DNA of 56,405 nt. Source: a virus. Lineage: Duplodnaviria; Caudoviricetes. Positions 26,489 through 38,900 of the stretch are shown piece by piece (the stretch's first letter is position 1; the number at the start of each line of letters is the position of its first letter). Where the stretch lies: positions 1 through 56,405 of the IMG/VR virus record IMGVR_UViG_3300043416_000201; one strand, given 5' to 3'. The position numbers and the translations under genes were made by a program. The notes under the pieces are model-generated. The model was not told the origin of the DNA and made no database searches. It saw only the letters and a program-made list of their open reading frames with translations.

Positions 26489-28591
26489 ATGCCTTTAAAG
26501 AAAATCCTCTTCAAGCCCGGTATCAACCGAGAAAACACCCGCTACACGACTGAGGGCGGTTGGTACGATGGCGACAAGATTCGTTTTCGTCAAGGCACGC
26601 CGGAGAAAGTCGGTGGTTGGAACCGTATCTCGTCGGCATCTTTCTTGGGCGTGTGCCGCTCGTTGTGGAACTGGGTCACACTTGCAACCTTGAATCTGAT
26701 CGGCGTCGGCACCAACCTCAAGTTCTATATTGCACAGGGCGGCGTCTACAATGACATCACACCCCTGCGCGAGACCTCCACGCTGACAAACCCTTTTGCT
26801 GCTACAGACGGCTCCACAACGATCACGGTGACGGATGTTGACCACGGGTGCTTGACTGGAGACTTCGTAACCTTCACAGGCGCTACAGGTCTTGGCGGCA
26901 ACATCACAGCCAACGTGCTCAACCGAGAATACCAAGTTAATGTCGTGGACGTGGACACATACACCTTCACTGCAACGGCTACAGCAAATGTGACCGACGC
27001 CTCTGGCTCCCCCGGTGGCGGCACGGTTTACGCGCAATACCAGATCAACACAGGCCCGTCATACGCCCTACCGACTACAGGTTGGGGTTCAGGCACTTGG
27101 GGCTCAGGCCCTTGGGGTACAGGCACATCTTCGGCCAGCGCTATGCGCCTGTGGAGTCAGTACAACTTCGGTCAAAATTTGGTCTTCGGCCCTCGTGGCG
27201 GCGGCATCTATTACTGGGATGCAAGCATTGGCGTGCGCGGTCTCGCGCTTACAGTTACTGTCGCGTCCCCCGGCGTGGTTACGCTTGGTTCACCCTTGCT
27301 TGACGGCACTGCGGTGCAGCTTTCGACTACCGGTGCTTTGCCTACAGGATTGGTTCCCGGCACTACTTATTATGTGGTCAACGCCTCTGGTTCGACTTGC
27401 AACTTGGCGGCTACTTCTGGCGGTTCAGCTATCAACACCTCTGGCACGCAGTCAGGTGTGCACACGGTAATGGCTCGCGCAATCAACATTGCTGATTTGA
27501 CGGGGGCGAACGAGGTTCCGATCATCCAGAACTTCCTTTTGGTGTCGGATGCCAGCCGATTTACGCTGGCGTTTGGTTGCAACCCTTTGTACGACACCGT
27601 GCAAGACCCGATGCTGATTCGCTGGTCAGACCAAGAATCCGTGACTGAATGGTCGCCAGCCATCACAAACCAAGCCGGTGACGTGCGCCTTTCGCACGGC
27701 TCTGAGATCGTCACGGCACTTCAAGTGCGTCAGGAAATTTTGGTGTGGACTGACTCTGCGCTCTACGGCTTGCAGTATCTTGGTCCTCCCTATGTGTGGG
27801 GCAGCCAGTTGCTCGGCGACAACATCTCCATCGTGAGCCAAAACGCGGTTGCTTTGGCGTCTGGCGTGACCTACTGGATGGGTATCGACAAGTTCTACAA
27901 GTACGACGGCCGTGTGCAAACGCTGCGCTGCGACTTGCGCCAGTACATCTTCAGTGACATCAACTCTTTCCAATACGACCAAGTTTATGCAGGCACCAAC
28001 GAAGGCTTCAACGAGGTATGGTGGTTCTACTGCTCCGCTGGTTCAGACGCGAATGACAAATACGTGATCTACAACTACGCTGAAGATATTTGGTACTACG
28101 GCAATATGGCGCGTACTGCGTGGCTAGACACGTCGCTGCGGAACTACCCGATAGCGGCTACCTACGAACATAATATCGTGGACCATGAAAGCGGACTGAA
28201 CGACAACGTGAGTGGCACTCCAGCAGCCATTGAGGCTTACATCACCTCGTCAGAGTTTGATATTGACGATGGGCACAACTTCGGTTTTGTGTGGCGCATC
28301 ATCCCAGACATTACATTCCGTGGTTCAACTGCCGCCAGCCCTGCTGCGGTCATGTATCTCTACCCGTTACAGAACTCAGGCTCCGGCTACAACAACCCGA
28401 CATCCGAAGGCGGCGTGAATAATGCGCCGGTTGTGCGCACATCTGTGGTCCCGATTGAACAGTTTACGGGTCAGATTTACACCCGCGTGCGCGGCCGCCA
28501 GATGGCTTTCAAGGTCAGCTCCAACCAGCTCGACACTACTTGGCAGCTTGGCTCCCCGCGTATAGACATCAAACAGGACGGCAGACGTTAA
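26489..28591 (+). CDS. Tail tubular / packaged-DNA stabilisation protein (P22 gp10-like) (700 aa)
   Basis: Beta-propeller-like: IRWSDQE...LSHGSEI...WMG...FYKYDG...EVWWFY. Confidence 0.7.
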   Translation: MPLKKILFKPGINRENTRYTTEGGWYDGDKIRFRQGTPEKVGGWNRISSASFLGVCRSLWNWVTLATLNLIGVGTNLKFYIAQGGVYNDITPLRETSTLTNPFAATDGSTTITVTDVDHGCLTGDFVTFTGATGLGGNITANVLNREYQVNVVDVDTYTFTATATANVTDASGSPGGGTVYAQYQINTGPSYALPTTGWGSGTWGSGPWGTGTSSASAMRLWSQYNFGQNLVFGPRGGGIYYWDASIGVRGLALTVTVASPGVVTLGSPLLDGTAVQLSTTGALPTGLVPGTTYYVVNASGSTCNLAATSGGSAINTSGTQSGVHTVMARAINIADLTGANEVPIIQNFLLVSDASRFTLAFGCNPLYDTVQDPMLIRWSDQESVTEWSPAITNQAGDVRLSHGSEIVTALQVRQEILVWTDSALYGLQYLGPPYVWGSQLLGDNISIVSQNAVALASGVTYWMGIDKFYKYDGRVQTLRCDLRQYIFSDINSFQYDQVYAGTNEGFNEVWWFYCSAGSDANDKYVIYNYAEDIWYYGNMARTAWLDTSLRNYPIAATYEHNIVDHESGLNDNVSGTPAAIEAYITSSEFDIDDGHNFGFVWRIIPDITFRGSTAASPAAVMYLYPLQNSGSGYNNPTSEGGVNNAPVVRTSVVPIEQFTGQIYTRVRGRQMAFKVSSNQLDTTWQLGSPRIDIKQDGRR

Positions 28592-28855
28592 ATGTCACAG
28601 CAGAACGTAACCCCACCAAACCTGCCGTTGGCTCCCAATGAGTATCAATCGCAGTACCAAGAACAGTTCAACAACATCCTGCGCCTGTTCTTTAATCAAT
28701 TGACCAACCCCGGGCCTTTGGGCGGCACATCGCTGAACTTAGACCTAGCTTTTTTACCAACCGATGCCAACTTCGCAGACCTGCGTTCCGGCGACGTGTA
28801 CTACGACACTTCTGGTGGCGTAGCCACTAGCTATCCCTTGCGCATCAAGGCATAA
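28592..28855 (+). CDS. Hypothetical protein (87 aa)
   Basis: PNLPLAP..Y...NNILRLFFNQL; follows tail tube-like gene. Confidence 0.7.
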   Translation: MSQQNVTPPNLPLAPNEYQSQYQEQFNNILRLFFNQLTNPGPLGGTSLNLDLAFLPTDANFADLRSGDVYYDTSGGVATSYPLRIKA

Positions 28856-28885
28856 TATGCTCAACCCACGTTTTATGAGGCAAAA

Positions 28886-30601
28886 ATGAGCCTGCACACA
28901 CTCGCAAAAAATATGGCCGCTCACGGTCGCGGTCCTGACACGATGCTCGTTCACATGGCCCCCAGTGAGGTGGCTGAACTGCAACAAAGAGCCGAAGCAC
29001 ACGGCGGCTCCCTGACCATTAACCCACACACCGGTTTGGCGGAGGCGGGGTTTCTTAAAAAAGTTGGGTTGGGGTTCGTTGAGAAACCTCTTGCAAAAAT
29101 CACCAGTAGCCCGATCGGTGCTCTGGCTTTGGGCGCAGCCCTCGGCCCCGCAGGTTGGGCAGCTATGTCTTCTCTTGGTGCTGCCGCTACGGTTGGTGGT
29201 CTTGCCACCCTGTCCACAGGCAGCTTAAAGCAAGGCGTGATGTCAGGTCTCGGCGCTTATAGTGGTGCTAATTTGTACTCCGGTTTGGTGAACGCGGGGG
29301 CGCAATCTTCTACAAACGCAGCGCTAACAAACCAATCAGCCGCCGAAACAAGCCGCCTTGCCGCCACGGCAGGCGAGCAAGCAGTGGCAGACCAAACAGC
29401 GGCAGAAACGGCACGTCTTGGCCTGCAACAAGAAGTAACCGCGCAGCAGATTGCACAGCAGCAGGCGCAGCAAGAGTTGGCACAGAAAGCAGCCGACACC
29501 AGCGTTACAGCAGCGCTGAGTAGCCCGGAGCTGGCGTACCAAGGTGCGACAGACGTTGTTACTACCAAAGGCGGTTTAGACGCACTCGCCGCAAACATGC
29601 CGCAAGGTACAAGTTTGATGACAAACGCCAGCATGGCCGCAGCCCCATTCCTCGCTGAAGCCGCGCAGGAAGCCGTCCCTGAGAACAACCTTGATGAAGT
29701 CGAGACATCCCCTTCGTTCATCCGACCATACCAGTTGCAGCGAAATGTTCGTGCAGACGGCGATTTAGGCACGGAGTACGAAGAAGGCCAAGACACAAGT
29801 CAACGACGTTGGTTTGATGATGCGTGGACGGAAGGTACGCCGTATGAAGCACCCGGTCCTGAGTACAAAAAAATGGCTGACGGCGGCCCGATCCAGTTCC
29901 CTTATGGCGAGTCTGTGATTCGCATGGCTGAAGGCGGCTTAAACGAAGACGGCCGCACCAACACGTTGAACAACTTCTCTCGACGACTCATGGCCTCCGG
30001 CTTTGCGGGGAAGAACGCAATCAATCCAGCCAATAATCCGGAGAGCGCTCCCCCAAGCGACGGTATTCAAGGGGCTATGAAGTCAATTTTGAAAAATGTA
30101 CCAAGAACAATCATCAATGCTGTCGGGAATAAAGCGTCTGGAGCCGAGCCCGTAACTATCCGCCCATATACGCTAGAACGCACAATGCGCACATACGACG
30201 ACGGTATGGGGGCAAACTACCCTGTCGGTCGTGATAGTCAGCAACGTCGCTGGTTTGACGACACGTGGACGGCAGCGACACCATACCAAGAAGACGTAAA
30301 AAAGATGGCGGCTGGCGGTTTGGGTTCTTTGGGCGGCTACTCTGACGGCGGTCGTATGTTGAAAGGCCCCGGCGACGGTATGTCCGATAGCATCCCTGCT
30401 CAAATCGGCGGCAAACAACCCGCTCGTTTGGCTGACGGGGAGTTCGTAGTTCCTGCCGATGTGGTGTCCCATCTCGGCAATGGTTCCACAGACGCTGGCG
30501 CTAAACAGCTCTACAAAATGATGGACCGTATTCGTCAAGCGCGTACAGGCAAGAAAAAACAAGCACCGGCTGTCAAAACAGGCCGATTGCTGCCAGCATA
30601 A
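28886..30601 (+). CDS. Internal virion / ejection protein (571 aa)
   Basis: GRGPDTMLVHM...INPHTGLAEA N-terminus; GPGDGMSDSIPA...RLADGEFVVPADVV C-terminus; MAxGG motifs. Confidence 0.65.
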   Translation: MSLHTLAKNMAAHGRGPDTMLVHMAPSEVAELQQRAEAHGGSLTINPHTGLAEAGFLKKVGLGFVEKPLAKITSSPIGALALGAALGPAGWAAMSSLGAAATVGGLATLSTGSLKQGVMSGLGAYSGANLYSGLVNAGAQSSTNAALTNQSAAETSRLAATAGEQAVADQTAAETARLGLQQEVTAQQIAQQQAQQELAQKAADTSVTAALSSPELAYQGATDVVTTKGGLDALAANMPQGTSLMTNASMAAAPFLAEAAQEAVPENNLDEVETSPSFIRPYQLQRNVRADGDLGTEYEEGQDTSQRRWFDDAWTEGTPYEAPGPEYKKMADGGPIQFPYGESVIRMAEGGLNEDGRTNTLNNFSRRLMASGFAGKNAINPANNPESAPPSDGIQGAMKSILKNVPRTIINAVGNKASGAEPVTIRPYTLERTMRTYDDGMGANYPVGRDSQQRRWFDDTWTAATPYQEDVKKMAAGGLGSLGGYSDGGRMLKGPGDGMSDSIPAQIGGKQPARLADGEFVVPADVVSHLGNGSTDAGAKQLYKMMDRIRQARTGKKKQAPAVKTGRLLPA

Positions 30602-30610
30602 GGAGCCATC

Positions 30611-31423
30611 ATGGCAGACCCACAACAAATAACGCAGTCAACCACCTCGATCCCCGACTACGCTAAGACGTATGTCGAGAAGATGCTCGGTCAGCTTGGT
30701 GCTGTGGCTGACCCCACTAAGCCCATGCCTTTGTTCCCCGGACAACGCATGGCAGACTTCAACACTTTGCAAAAAGGATCGTTGGACGCATACAAAAGCC
30801 CAGAAGCATACAACCAAGGGCTTGGCGCATTCATGTCGCCCTACTACCAAAACGTGGTGGACGTTCAAAAGCGGGAAGCTGCGCGTCAGTCTGGTATCCA
30901 AGGTACTCAACAGCAAGCTCAAGCTGCTCAGTCAGGTGCTTTCGGCGGTAGCCGCGACGCCATCATGCGTGCTGAGCGCGAGCGCAATCTTGGTCTGCAA
31001 ATGGGGGATATTCAAGCTCGTGGTACGCAGGCTGCGTACGACACAGCGCTGCAACAAATGCCGCAGTTCTACAACCAGCAGTTCAATATGGGTACGCAGC
31101 AGCAACAATGGCAGCAAAAGGGCCTTGAGCAGCAGTACCAAGACTACCTGAACGAGCTGAATAACCCGTACAAGCAAATCTCCTTCCAATCGGACATCTT
31201 GCGCGGTATCCCCTTGGCTCAAGGTACACAGACTATGTATCAAGCCCCTCCTTCCGCTGTGTCGCAGATCGCAGGTTTGGGCACCGCAGCGCTTGGCGCT
31301 TACGGCATGTACAACAACATCACTGGCGGCGCAGCAAAGGCTGCCAGCGGCGGCTCGACCGAAGACATTCAAGCACGCGCTCCGGCAGGTCTGGCCGACT
31401 TGCTCATCTATAACATGGCTTAA
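30611..31423 (+). CDS. Putative DNA ejection (pilot) protein, Q-rich (270 aa)
   Basis: FMSPY..NVVD...GAFGGSR; C-terminal G/A hydrophobic segment. Confidence 0.65.
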   Translation: MADPQQITQSTTSIPDYAKTYVEKMLGQLGAVADPTKPMPLFPGQRMADFNTLQKGSLDAYKSPEAYNQGLGAFMSPYYQNVVDVQKREAARQSGIQGTQQQAQAAQSGAFGGSRDAIMRAERERNLGLQMGDIQARGTQAAYDTALQQMPQFYNQQFNMGTQQQQWQQKGLEQQYQDYLNELNNPYKQISFQSDILRGIPLAQGTQTMYQAPPSAVSQIAGLGTAALGAYGMYNNITGGAAKAASGGSTEDIQARAPAGLADLLIYNMA

Positions 31424-31432
31424 AGGCATAGC

Positions 31433-32929
31433 ATGATTAATGTCAACCAGATCACGGCCCAGCTGGCCAAGATGCCCGACCAAGCGTTGCAGAAATATGC
31501 CGCGATGCACAAGGCTGACCCGTATGTACTGACTCTGGCCATGGCCGAGTCGAATCGCCGCAAACAACTGCGTGCGGGGGCACAGGCTGCGCAAGCAGGC
31601 CAGCAACAGCCAAATATTGTAGATCAAGAGCTCTCCCAAATGGCTCTGCCAGAAGACAGCGGTATCGCTCAGCTCCCTGCGCAGAACATGCAGAGCATGG
31701 CAGGCGGCGGCATCATTGCGTTTGAAGAAGGTGGCGAGGTTCCTCGCTTTCAAGGCCAACAAGGCAGCGTAGTTCGTTTGCCATACGGCCAAGCCGGCCA
31801 GCAACCTCAAGGTATGTACGATATCCCCGGCATGATTACGGGCCAGCCCTTTGGGGAACAACCCGGCGACGCCGCGCTGCAAGACCGCATCGCTCGCATC
31901 GAGGCCAACCCTCGCATGTCACGTGGAGACAAGGACATGTTGATTGCGCAGGCGCGTCAGGAGTTCGGGTTGCCAAAGACAACCACGATCCCGCCAACCA
32001 CACCAGTGGCCATGGGCGACAAAGCCGCAGCGAGCGCTGCCCCCGCGCAGACTTCGCCCCGCGTTGATACTGCGCCGGGTGTGGTGGACAAGGCCGTCGA
32101 TCGCAAACGTCTCGAAGACGAAGCTGCGGTGGCAGGTAAGAAGCTGCCCCCAGAACCCGGCATGCCTTCGATCAACTCGTACATGCAGCAGTTTGAAGCC
32201 AATCTGCCTGCAAAGGAAGACGCGCAGACTGAAGAAGCCTTCTTGAGCAAGCGCGAAGCTCCGATGAAAGAGTTTTTCGCCAAGGCGGGCACCGCCATTG
32301 AGAAAGAAAAGAAACGCTTAGAGACCAACAAAGAGCAAGACTTCTACATGGCGCTGATTCAGGGCGGCCTCGCTGCCGCCGGCGGCACATCCCAGAACGC
32401 GTTGCAGAACATTGCCAAGGGTTTTGGCGAAGGTGCTGCTGGCTACAAAGATGCTGTGAAAGATTTCCGCAAGGCTGCACAAGAAAACAGCCGCATGGAG
32501 ATGGACTTGATGAAAGCCAAGGCCGCCGACAAGAAAGGCGACATGGATGCGTACCAGAAGCACACCGAGTCGGTGGCTGAGCGCAACGCCAAGATCGACC
32601 AGCTCAAGGCTTCAGGCGTTGCTTCTTTGCTGGGCCACCAGATGTCGGCCAGCGCGTCAATCAGCGCGGCCAAGGTGAATCGTGACACCATGGGCGAGTA
32701 CCGTAACGCGTCTCAAGTCGAGACCATTCGCAAAAACATTGATGCTAAGTTGGGCGACGACCCCGCTTTTAAATTCAATGCTGCTGCGCGTGCTGCGGAA
32801 GTCGAACGCCGCCTCCAACTTGAGTTGCAAAGATACCCGAATCTGGCACAATACGCGGGTCTCCCCACAACAGGCGGCGCGTCTGGCGCATCAAACCAAG
32901 GATGGGGACAAGCACAGATCGTCAAGTAA
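31433..32929 (+). CDS. Putative ejection protein (498 aa)
   Basis: A/Q-rich helical; MAGGGIIAFEEGG; in ejection cluster. Confidence 0.6.
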   Translation: MINVNQITAQLAKMPDQALQKYAAMHKADPYVLTLAMAESNRRKQLRAGAQAAQAGQQQPNIVDQELSQMALPEDSGIAQLPAQNMQSMAGGGIIAFEEGGEVPRFQGQQGSVVRLPYGQAGQQPQGMYDIPGMITGQPFGEQPGDAALQDRIARIEANPRMSRGDKDMLIAQARQEFGLPKTTTIPPTTPVAMGDKAAASAAPAQTSPRVDTAPGVVDKAVDRKRLEDEAAVAGKKLPPEPGMPSINSYMQQFEANLPAKEDAQTEEAFLSKREAPMKEFFAKAGTAIEKEKKRLETNKEQDFYMALIQGGLAAAGGTSQNALQNIAKGFGEGAAGYKDAVKDFRKAAQENSRMEMDLMKAKAADKKGDMDAYQKHTESVAERNAKIDQLKASGVASLLGHQMSASASISAAKVNRDTMGEYRNASQVETIRKNIDAKLGDDPAFKFNAAARAAEVERRLQLELQRYPNLAQYAGLPTTGGASGASNQGWGQAQIVK

Positions 32930-32941
32930 CCGAGATACAAC

Positions 32942-35900
32942 ATGCCCATTTACAGCATCCAAGCCCCCAACGGTAAAACGTACCAGATTGAGGGGCCTGC
33001 TGGGGCATCTCAAGATCAGGTTATTGCCGAGGTTCTGCGCCAGAACCCTGATGCTGGACAGGTTACAACGGCTGAGTCAGGCTTTCTCCCCGCGCTGAAA
33101 GCAGGCGTTTCGGGCCTCAAGAGTTCAGGCGCTGCATTGCTAGGCCGCACAGGCATCATGGATGCCGAGCGTGCCAAAGAGGTTATGGCCGAGGAAGAGG
33201 CGTACCAGCAGCGCACTTTCAAACCCACCGAGACTTTCAGCGAAGCCCCTCTCCGTAAAACAGCCGAACTGCTTGGCGGTTCTTTGCCCTACATGGCCGC
33301 GCCACTTGCCGCTGGTGTTGCAGGTGCCGCCGCTCCTATTGCTGGTGCCGGTATTGGTGCAGCCGGTCTGGCGTCTTTGGCGCAGTTCACGGGCACCAAC
33401 CTTGGCCGTCAGGTTCAAGAAGGCAAGGACCTTGAAAAGACAAATCTTGGTGCAGCCGCAGCGGCCGCTGTCCCTCAAGCCGCGCTGGACATGCTGTCGT
33501 TCAAGATGGCTCCCGGTATCCGTGGCATTTTTGCTGCTGCCGGCAAAGAAGTGCCAGAGGGCGTCGCTGCCCAGATCGCTAAGCAGGGCACGGCCAACGT
33601 GCTCAAAGACTACGGCGTTGCTACGGGCAAAGCCATGGGTGCGGAAGGTGTCACTGAGGCTGGACAGCAATTCTTGGAACGCCTGCAAGCAGGTCTGAAA
33701 CTCACCGATGCACAGGCGCGAGATGAGTACTGGGACAGTTTGCTTGGAGGTGCGGTGCTCGGTGGTGCTATCGCCCCTGCCGGCCGCTACGTTGAACGCG
33801 GTCGAATCCAAACCGAGCAAGAAACTGAGGCTCGTAAAAAGCAACGCGAAGAGCGTGCGGCCGCCGCAGCCGAACAACAAAAAGCCGCAGAGGTCGAGGC
33901 TGCACGCAAGCAAACCCCTGAGTACGCGCTCGACATTGAGAAGCAGTACCTCGAAGCAGAGCAGCAACGCGCCGCTCTGAAAGCGCAGCTCAAACCAGTG
34001 ACGAAAGACTCGCCCACGGCAGCCGCCGATCGTGCGTTCAACAAAGACATCACGGACAAGCTCAAGGAGGCCAGCGAGGCAATCAAGCCCTTGGCCAAAG
34101 AGTACAACACCGTTCAACCCGCGCTGGCCGCGGCTAAAGAAAAGCAGCGTCTGGCCGCTACGGCCCCTGAAGACGTGATGTTGTCCCACATTGGTGTGGA
34201 CGCCCCTGCCACCACCGCTGCGCCTAAAGCCCCCGCGTCTTTCCGCATCGACGAGCTTGGCCAAGTTACAGACGAACCTGTTGCAGAAGAAAAGAACCCG
34301 GTTCAAGATTACGCCGCGCAGCAAATTCAAGCCGCCAAAGAAGCAGGTCAGTTCGATCTGGCATCTCTGTCTGACTACTTGATGGAAGACCCTGCGCTGG
34401 CTGCGCGGGTTGTGGCGGAGCGCCCCGCTGTTGAAGGCATGCCGAAAGCAGACGCCGCTGCTATGTACACCGGCTTGAAGCTGCGTTTGCAAGAGCGCGA
34501 GAAACAAGCAGCCGCCGAGTCGAAGGCTGAACTGGCCCGTCGTCAACAAGACCTCAAAGCGCAGAAGATGGGGAAGACAGTTGACCAACTGTCGCTGCTG
34601 AAAGAGTCCGAGGCGCAGGTTGAAGAACAACGTGCCACAGGCGAGACGAACTTCGACTACCTCGACCCTGTGTTTGAGAAGGCCGTGGCCGGTAAGGCAC
34701 CCGTGGTGGAAGTCAGCGCTGACATCCGTCCTTCCGACAAGAACAAAGAGACCCGCGCCCGTGTCGACCAGTTGACCGCGCAGCTTGATGCCAAGGAGCA
34801 AGAGTACTACAGCGCGTTGCGCATGAACCTCGGCGAAAAGGCAACGAAAGCCTACGACGAGAGCCGCGCAGCACTGGCCGAGCTCAATAAACTCAAAGGC
34901 GAGGGCAACGTCTACGCCAGCGAGATTTTCTCAGCACGCAAGAACCAAGAGACCGCGCTCAACGACATCGAGGATTCCCTTGACCAAATCCGTTCCGGCA
35001 ACGTGCTGGGCGGCGAGCGCGGCGAAGTGTCCGCGTCTACAAAACAAACCTTGCTCAATCGCGCTGACCAAGCGCGTGCCCAGTACATTACGTCCGTTTT
35101 ACAGGAAGCCGCCACCCACCGCCGTGCCACAGGTGAGCAGGCACTAACTCAAGACGAAGCCCTCAAGGCCGCCATCAAAATGGACGACACCGTCAAAGAG
35201 TGGATGGACCGTGTGCAAGCAGCGCCTCGTCGTGAAGCCTTGACCGAAGTGACGACCCCCGCCCAGATGCGCGGCACAGAGATCGTTCGTGGTGCTCAGA
35301 CCCGCATGGCCGACTTGCGCCCGTTGGAGAAGCGTCGTTTTGGCGCGTATCCACAGGCCGTGGCCGTCCTCAAAGAACAGCTCGACGGCATCCGCACGGA
35401 CTTGAGCGCACCAGCCAAGGCGGCGGCCACCAAAGACTCCCCGCTGTTGAAGACACAGTTCACTACTTCCGAAGCCGCCAAGGTGGCCGAGGCCCGTGGT
35501 GAGAAAGCCGAGACTCTGGGCGGTGAGCTGCGCAAGCACAACGAGTACGTGCGCAACATGATGGCCAAGCTGGACAACAGCGTCATCACACCCCGAATCC
35601 AGACCGTGCTCAACCAAGCCGCTGACGTAATGGATGGTGGCAAACCCAGCCGCGCCTTGCTCAATGCCGTGGAAGAAGTGGTGGGCCGCCTGAACTCCGG
35701 CCGCAAGGTCGAGATGACAGACCTCCGCGCAATCGTTGACGCCATCCGCGCAAGCGACGAGGTAGCCCCCGGCCAGAAGTCGCTGGACTTGTTGTTTGAA
35801 GAACCCGGCCAACCAGCACGCGGCATCGACAAAGATGTCGGCTACATCCGCGCCAACGCAAAGAACTTTGCAAACGCCCCCAAGGTGTTGAAGAACGCGC

Positions 35901-38900
35901 TCAACAACGAAGAGATTGCACTGAAACGCTGGCGCGAAGGCCAGCAAAAGCTCGCCGAGGAAAAGGCCAAGCGTGCCGAAGAAGTGGCCAAGCTGAAAGA
36001 GAAGGCCGCAGCCGAGCGCGAGAAGACGCAGAAAGCCTACGCTGATCGCGACGCCATGTACAAGGCACAGAACGTCATGGCCGCCAAGCTGGAGGAAAAG
36101 CGCAAGCTCGATGCCGAGAAAGAGAAGACTCGTGGCCAGCGCCTGCAAGAGCAGTCCGATGCTTTCCTCGCCAACAAAGAAGTGTTCGAGCGCCAAGCCG
36201 AGCTCAAGCGTTTGCAGCAAGAGTCGCTCAAGGACGAGATGGCAGACGCTCGCGAAGAGCTGGCCACCAAAGGCACCACAGCTGAGCGCAAGAAAGAGTT
36301 GGCCCAGAAGATTCAGTCGCTTCAAGCGCAGCTTGACGTACTGGGTGAAGGCAAACCCCGCCGCAAGCAAGCCGCCGCCACGGTCAAGACCGAGCTTTCT
36401 CGTTCTAAAGACGTACCGTTCCGCAGCGCAAGCGACAAGACCTCCGGCGACACCCGCATCATGTCCGGCAAGGAAGCTAAGAAAGCCGGTAAGCTGGCCA
36501 GCGAAACCACATCCGCACAGCAGGTGCAGTTGTCAGACACTGCCAAGGAAGCTTTGGATGATGGCCGCCTGTTGGATGCGTTGGATGATGTGGCAGCTAA
36601 CGGTTCTACGCCGTTCATCCGAGACAATGCGGCCGCCCTGCGCAAGCTGGTGGCGCGTACCCGCGTGTACGTTACCGACGATGTAGAAGTGGACGGCAAG
36701 CAAGTTCCTGCTGCGTTCAACTCCGAGGAGAACGCCATCCTCATCAAGCCTGATGCGCTGACCGAAGCCAACCTGTTGCACGAAGCAACCCACGCGGCCA
36801 CCATCCGTGCGCTCGAAGGCCCTGAGTCAAAGCTCAACGCGGACCAAATCGCGGCCAAGCAAGAGCTGCAAAAGATGTTTGATGACCTCACTGCCGACGG
36901 TACGCTGACAGGCGAGTACGCCTCGAACAACGTCAAAGAGTTCGCATCCGAAGTGCAATCCAACGCCAACCTGCGCGACAAACTGGACAACCGTTCTATG
37001 CTGCGCAAGTTCTTCGACGCCGTGATGCGCTTGATCGGCATGAAGCCGGAAGCCACGCGCACAGAAGAAGCCCAAGCTTTGATCGAGCGCCTGTACATGC
37101 AGTCCGGCAAACTCGACACCAAGACTCTGGCGACAGGCACACCGACCTACGCCAACGATGAAATGGCGGCTGTGGGCGCTCTCACGGACAAGTTTGTGGC
37201 AAAGCAGAAGGGTGTGAAGGACCGTGTGCTTGCTGCCGCCGGCGGCTTCCTCGGTCTGGAGACTCAGTTGGTCGACCGCTTCGCTGGTTTCGAGCGCCTC
37301 TCCAAAACAATGGACGCGCTCAAGGGCAGCCAGATGATGTACTACATGCGCATGTACGACCAGCGCATGAACTTCGTGTCGCAAGCCGTGGAGAACGGTG
37401 CTTTGAAGTTGGCCGAGAAAGAGCGTGCTGACGGCCAGAAAGAGTACGTGATCGAAGCCACGCCCGGTGCCAGCATCAAAGGCGTGGTGGAGATTTTGAA
37501 CGAAGCCAAGCCCATGGTGGGCAACGGCGAGGCGATCAACCGCCTGTTCACGATGTACATGTCCGGCATCCGTGCCAAGTCAAAAGGCTTCGCGTCTCTA
37601 AACTTCGGCAAGGACGTCAACCCATCCGACCTTGACGCCGCCATGAAGGCTGTGGACGGCAACGCTGAGCTGAAAGAAATCTTTGGCCGCGCTCGTGAGG
37701 AGTACAACCAGTACAACCGCGACATGATGGACTTCTTGGCCAGCACCGGCGCTATCTCCGAGCAGACCCGCAAGGACTTGGTGAAAGAGAACGACTACAT
37801 CCCTTGGTATCGCGAGAACAACGGTGTTGCCGAGCTCATGATCGGCGGTGAGTCCCGCATCCGCATCGGCAGTATTGCCGAGCAGCCATATCTGCACGAG
37901 TTGGTGGGCGGCGATCGACCGATTCTGGACTTCATGACCAGCTCGGTGCAGAACACCAATATGCTGGCCGACATGGGCCTGCGCAACCTTGCCGCCAAGA
38001 ACGCAATCTTTGAGCTGGTCGACATGGACATGGCCAAGATCGTCGGCGCTTCCACGGGCAACAACATCGTCAAGTTCAAGGTGGACGGCAAAGACAAGTA
38101 CGCCAGCGTCGAGACAGACAGCGCCGGTATTCCCGGTGACTTGTTGGTGAAAGGCATGCAGGGCATCCCCACCCAGATGCCAGCGATCTTCCGTCTCATG
38201 TCGATTCCTTCACGCTTGCTCCGCAAGGGCGTGACCTTGAGCCCTCTGTATGCTGCCAAGCAGTTGTTCCGTGACTCGTTGGCTGCCCCGATCTTGTCCG
38301 GCGCTGACTTCAAGCCTGTGTTCGGCGCACTCAAGGAAATCAATCAGCCTTCCAAGGAGTTGTTGGAGCGTCGCGGTATCACCGGCGGTCAGGTTTTCAC
38401 TGGCACATCCGAGGACTTGACCAAGATTCTGCGCGACATCACCGACGGCAAGTCCGGCTGGTTGACCGCCTTAGCCAAGGCCGAAGCTATTGGTATGGAA
38501 GCCGATGCGTTGACTCGCCGCGCCCAGTACAACAGCTACATCAATCAAGGCTTGTCCGAAATGGAGGCCACGCTCATGGCGTTGGAGTCCATGAACTTCA
38601 ACAAGCGCGGTGCATCGCCTAGCATCCACATCATCGGCGCGATGATTCCGTTCTTCAACGCCCAGATTCAGGGCTTGAACGTGCTCTACAAGGCCATGAC
38701 CGGCAACATGCCGTTCAACGAACGCCTGAAGATTCAGGAAAAAATGTTGATGCGCGGTGGCATGCTGGCTGCCGGTACTCTGGCCTATGCTGCCATGATG
38801 CAGGACGACGAAGCGTACAAGAACGCCACCCCCGAGCAGAAGTACGGCAACTGGTTCGTGCGCATCCCCGGTGTCACTGAACCTGTACGTATTCCTGTAC

